A stretch of 64,000 nucleotides of DNA. It comes from Aulosira sp. ZfuVER01 (GTDB lineage Bacteria; Cyanobacteriota; Cyanobacteriia; Cyanobacteriales; Nostocaceae). How positions within the stretch are numbered: the stretch's first letter is position 1; every line of letters starts with the position of its first letter. The stretch spans positions 64,001 to 128,000 of the forward strand of contig JAVRCV020000006.1 of assembly GCA_034530615.2 (NCBI GenBank). Direction: 5' to 3'. The notes below the pieces were generated by a model that was not told the origin of the DNA, made no database searches, and saw nothing but the letters and a program-made list of their open reading frames with translations. A program made the translations under genes and the position numbers. Shown here in pieces: positions 62,011 to 64,000 of the stretch.

Positions 62011-62754
62011 TCAAGCTGTGAGTAAACTTTGTTTAGTGTGTGTTGCCTGAACAAAAGCCTGAAAAATCCTTTGATGATTGGGGTCGTTAGCTGATAGTTC
62101 CGGATGCCATTGCACGCCAATAGCCCAAGGATGATGTTCGTGTTCCACGGCTTCAATTACCTGGTCTTCTAAAGCATGAGCAACCACGCGCCATCCAGGA
62201 GGCACTTTGTGTACTGCTTGATGATGCCAAGAAACTACAGATATCAGAGAATTTTCTACACATTTAGCTAAACGACTTTCTACATTTATCTTGACCATGT
62301 GTTCGGCTGGTAAACGTCTCCCAGGTTCAGGATCTATACGATGTAATACTGATGTACCATACACTTCTGGGACATGGGGAATGAGAGTCCCGCCAGAAGC
62401 GACGATGAGAATTTGCAAACCCCGGCAAATACCTAACACAGGTAAATCATGCTCAAGGGCAAAGCTGGCTAGTTTTAGTTCAAAAGCATCGCGATCGCCA
62501 TCTACAGAATAAATGCTAGGGTGGTCACAACCGTTGTACCAAACAGGATTAATATCTCCACCACCAGAGATAATCAAGCCATCTAGCGGTTCTACAAGCC
62601 TCGCAGGCTCGCTTTCTCCCGGTGGTAATAATATGGGAGTACCACCTGCCGCACGAACAGAATCTATGTAAGCACTGGGCAGAGAAAATGGTAATGTATC
62701 TTTACGGCCATAAGTTGTAATCCCAATCAAGGCATTTCGTGATTTTTTACTCAT
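62011..62754 (-). CDS. gamma-glutamyl-gamma-aminobutyrate hydrolase family (peptidase C26)
   Basis: SGGGDI, LGICRGLQ nucleophile elbow, HHQAV, GVQWHPE. Confidence 0.9.
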   Translation of the reverse strand: MSKKSRNALIGITTYGRKDTLPFSLPSAYIDSVRAAGGTPILLPPGESEPARLVEPLDGLIISGGGDINPVWYNGCDHPSIYSVDGDRDAFELKLASFALEHDLPVLGICRGLQILIVASGGTLIPHVPEVYGTSVLHRIDPEPGRRLPAEHMVKINVESRLAKCVENSLISVVSWHHQAVHKVPPGWRVVAHALEDQVIEAVEHEHHPWAIGVQWHPELSANDPNHQRIFQAFVQATHTKQSLLTA

Positions 62755-63072
62755 AGTTTTTCTTTGCTCCCAAGGTTTTTAAAGTTTGGATTTGTAATTG
62801 TGTGAGCTTAACCACATCTGTTATATCCATACCTTCATTGACTGTGGGAGATTTCCGTGGTTTTTTCAATTCTGCTGTTTCTCTATACCAATGCATAATT
62901 ATGTAGTCTTAAATGCTATATCTTTTTAAAGTGTGCCCATCTGCACTAAAAGGCGATAGCTCCAATGGTTAAATCTAGAGCATGGTATAATAAAACACAT
63001 TAATTCATTAACCATCAGTTATCTTACCCCTACCTATCAGCACAATTAATCAGGGGATCGCTTGCTGTATTG

Positions 63073-63090
63073 TTCACATTTTGTTACAAA
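63073..63090 (+). promoter_or_regulatory. HLR1-like (RpaB) direct repeat
   Basis: TTCACATT-tt-GTTACAAA compared with KTTACAWW-N2-KTTACAWW: one mismatch; about 30 bp before the ATG. Confidence 0.35.
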
Positions 63091-63121
63091 AGTACAAAGA
63101 ACTTCTAGAGACCAAAACCTC

Positions 63122-63916
63122 ATGTTCGGCGGACTTACTGGTTTAACAGATTCTAAAGGCACAGACTGGGGAGAGCGAATGCTCAACACAGTCGCTAGCC
63201 AAACGATTCGCCACCTGTTTACCCAAAGCGAGTCAGTAGAAGTCTTTGTGCGCTGCTATCCCTCCAGCAAACTGTTGCAAGGCAGCATTGATAGTTTCAA
63301 AATGAGTGGACGTGGCTTAGTCATCCGTAGAGATTTTGCGGTAGAGGAGATGTCCTTTGAAACGGATGCAGTGGCTATTGATTTCAGCTCGGTTTTAGGT
63401 GGCAAATTAACTCTCAAACAACCCACCCAAGCGATCGCCCAAGTAATATTATCAGAAGCTGGTATTAATCAGGCTTTTAATGCTGAACTGGTAAGAAAGC
63501 GTTTAGTTAACCTTTCTCTACCTGCTTTAACTGCTTTATCCGGTGGTAAACCAGTCTCTTTCCCAGAAATTCAGGTACAACTATTACCAGAAAGTCGCCT
63601 ACGGATTTTGGCAAAGGCAGATTTAGATAATGGCGAACTTGTACCCCTGAGTATGGTTGTCAGCCTAGCTGTGGAACGGCGGCGACGGGTTTCTTTCCAA
63701 AACCCTCAAATTGAACTTGACTCTGTACCAGAAGCACAACGGGAAATCTCACGGACTTTGAGTTTAGCCTTGGTAGAAATTTTAGATAATATGGTCGATT
63801 TGGATCGCTTTGACCTAGATGGGGTAAAAATGCGACTCAACCGTTTAGAAACTGAAGGTCAAAAATTAATTTTCAGTGGATATGCTGAAATTGAGCGTAT
63901 ACCTAGTACTTCTTGA
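63122..63916 (+). CDS. DUF2993 (LmeA-like) domain protein
   Basis: KLLQGSIDSF...ILSEAGINQAFN pattern typical of cyanobacterial DUF2993 proteins. Confidence 0.8.
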   Translation: MFGGLTGLTDSKGTDWGERMLNTVASQTIRHLFTQSESVEVFVRCYPSSKLLQGSIDSFKMSGRGLVIRRDFAVEEMSFETDAVAIDFSSVLGGKLTLKQPTQAIAQVILSEAGINQAFNAELVRKRLVNLSLPALTALSGGKPVSFPEIQVQLLPESRLRILAKADLDNGELVPLSMVVSLAVERRRRVSFQNPQIELDSVPEAQREISRTLSLALVEILDNMVDLDRFDLDGVKMRLNRLETEGQKLIFSGYAEIERIPSTS

Positions 63917-64000
63917 TATCGTAGATTAACGTGTATAAATAGAGCGACTTCTTGCTTTGTTAGGCGCAAAAAACCCAAAGTTGTTCTTAGCGCCTAACCT

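Overview
This 64-kb window is chromosomal DNA from a filamentous cyanobacterium, most likely Nostocales. The evidence is dozens of HIP1 octamers (GCGATCGC), 7-bp STRR tandem repeats, Nostoc-type small dispersed repeats, and cyanobacterial genes (NTRC, ndhD, ccs1/ccdA). Housekeeping genes (trxB/NTRC, cysK, EF-G-like, rsgA, thrB, pyrG, ffs, queF, pstS) alternate with accessory patches. The strongest candidate system is at 50.2-55.7 kb: a small Bell-like helical protein encoded directly upstream of a 1680-aa NB-ARC NLR with about 30 variable repeats. The two share an ungapped 33-aa N/Q/G-rich motif (20/33 identical, with a run of six identical residues all encoded by different synonymous codons). 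This layout matches NLR amyloid (prion-like) signalling, possibly with an uncatalogued motif. Other points of interest are: a 14-unit 21-bp array with a constant core and swappable 11-nt cassettes; a second 21-bp-period mini-array next to a 132-aa unknown gene; an ATPase / inserted gene / TPR conflict-like operon; a GHL10 glycoside hydrolase fused to a two-lobed pepsin-like protease; a cluster of four damaged toxin-antitoxin/Uma2 modules bounded by HIP1 sites; a candidate leader-peptide attenuator upstream of rsgA; and a candidate LexA-repressed ~50-nt sRNA. All family assignments come from motif recognition by eye; no database searches were run.
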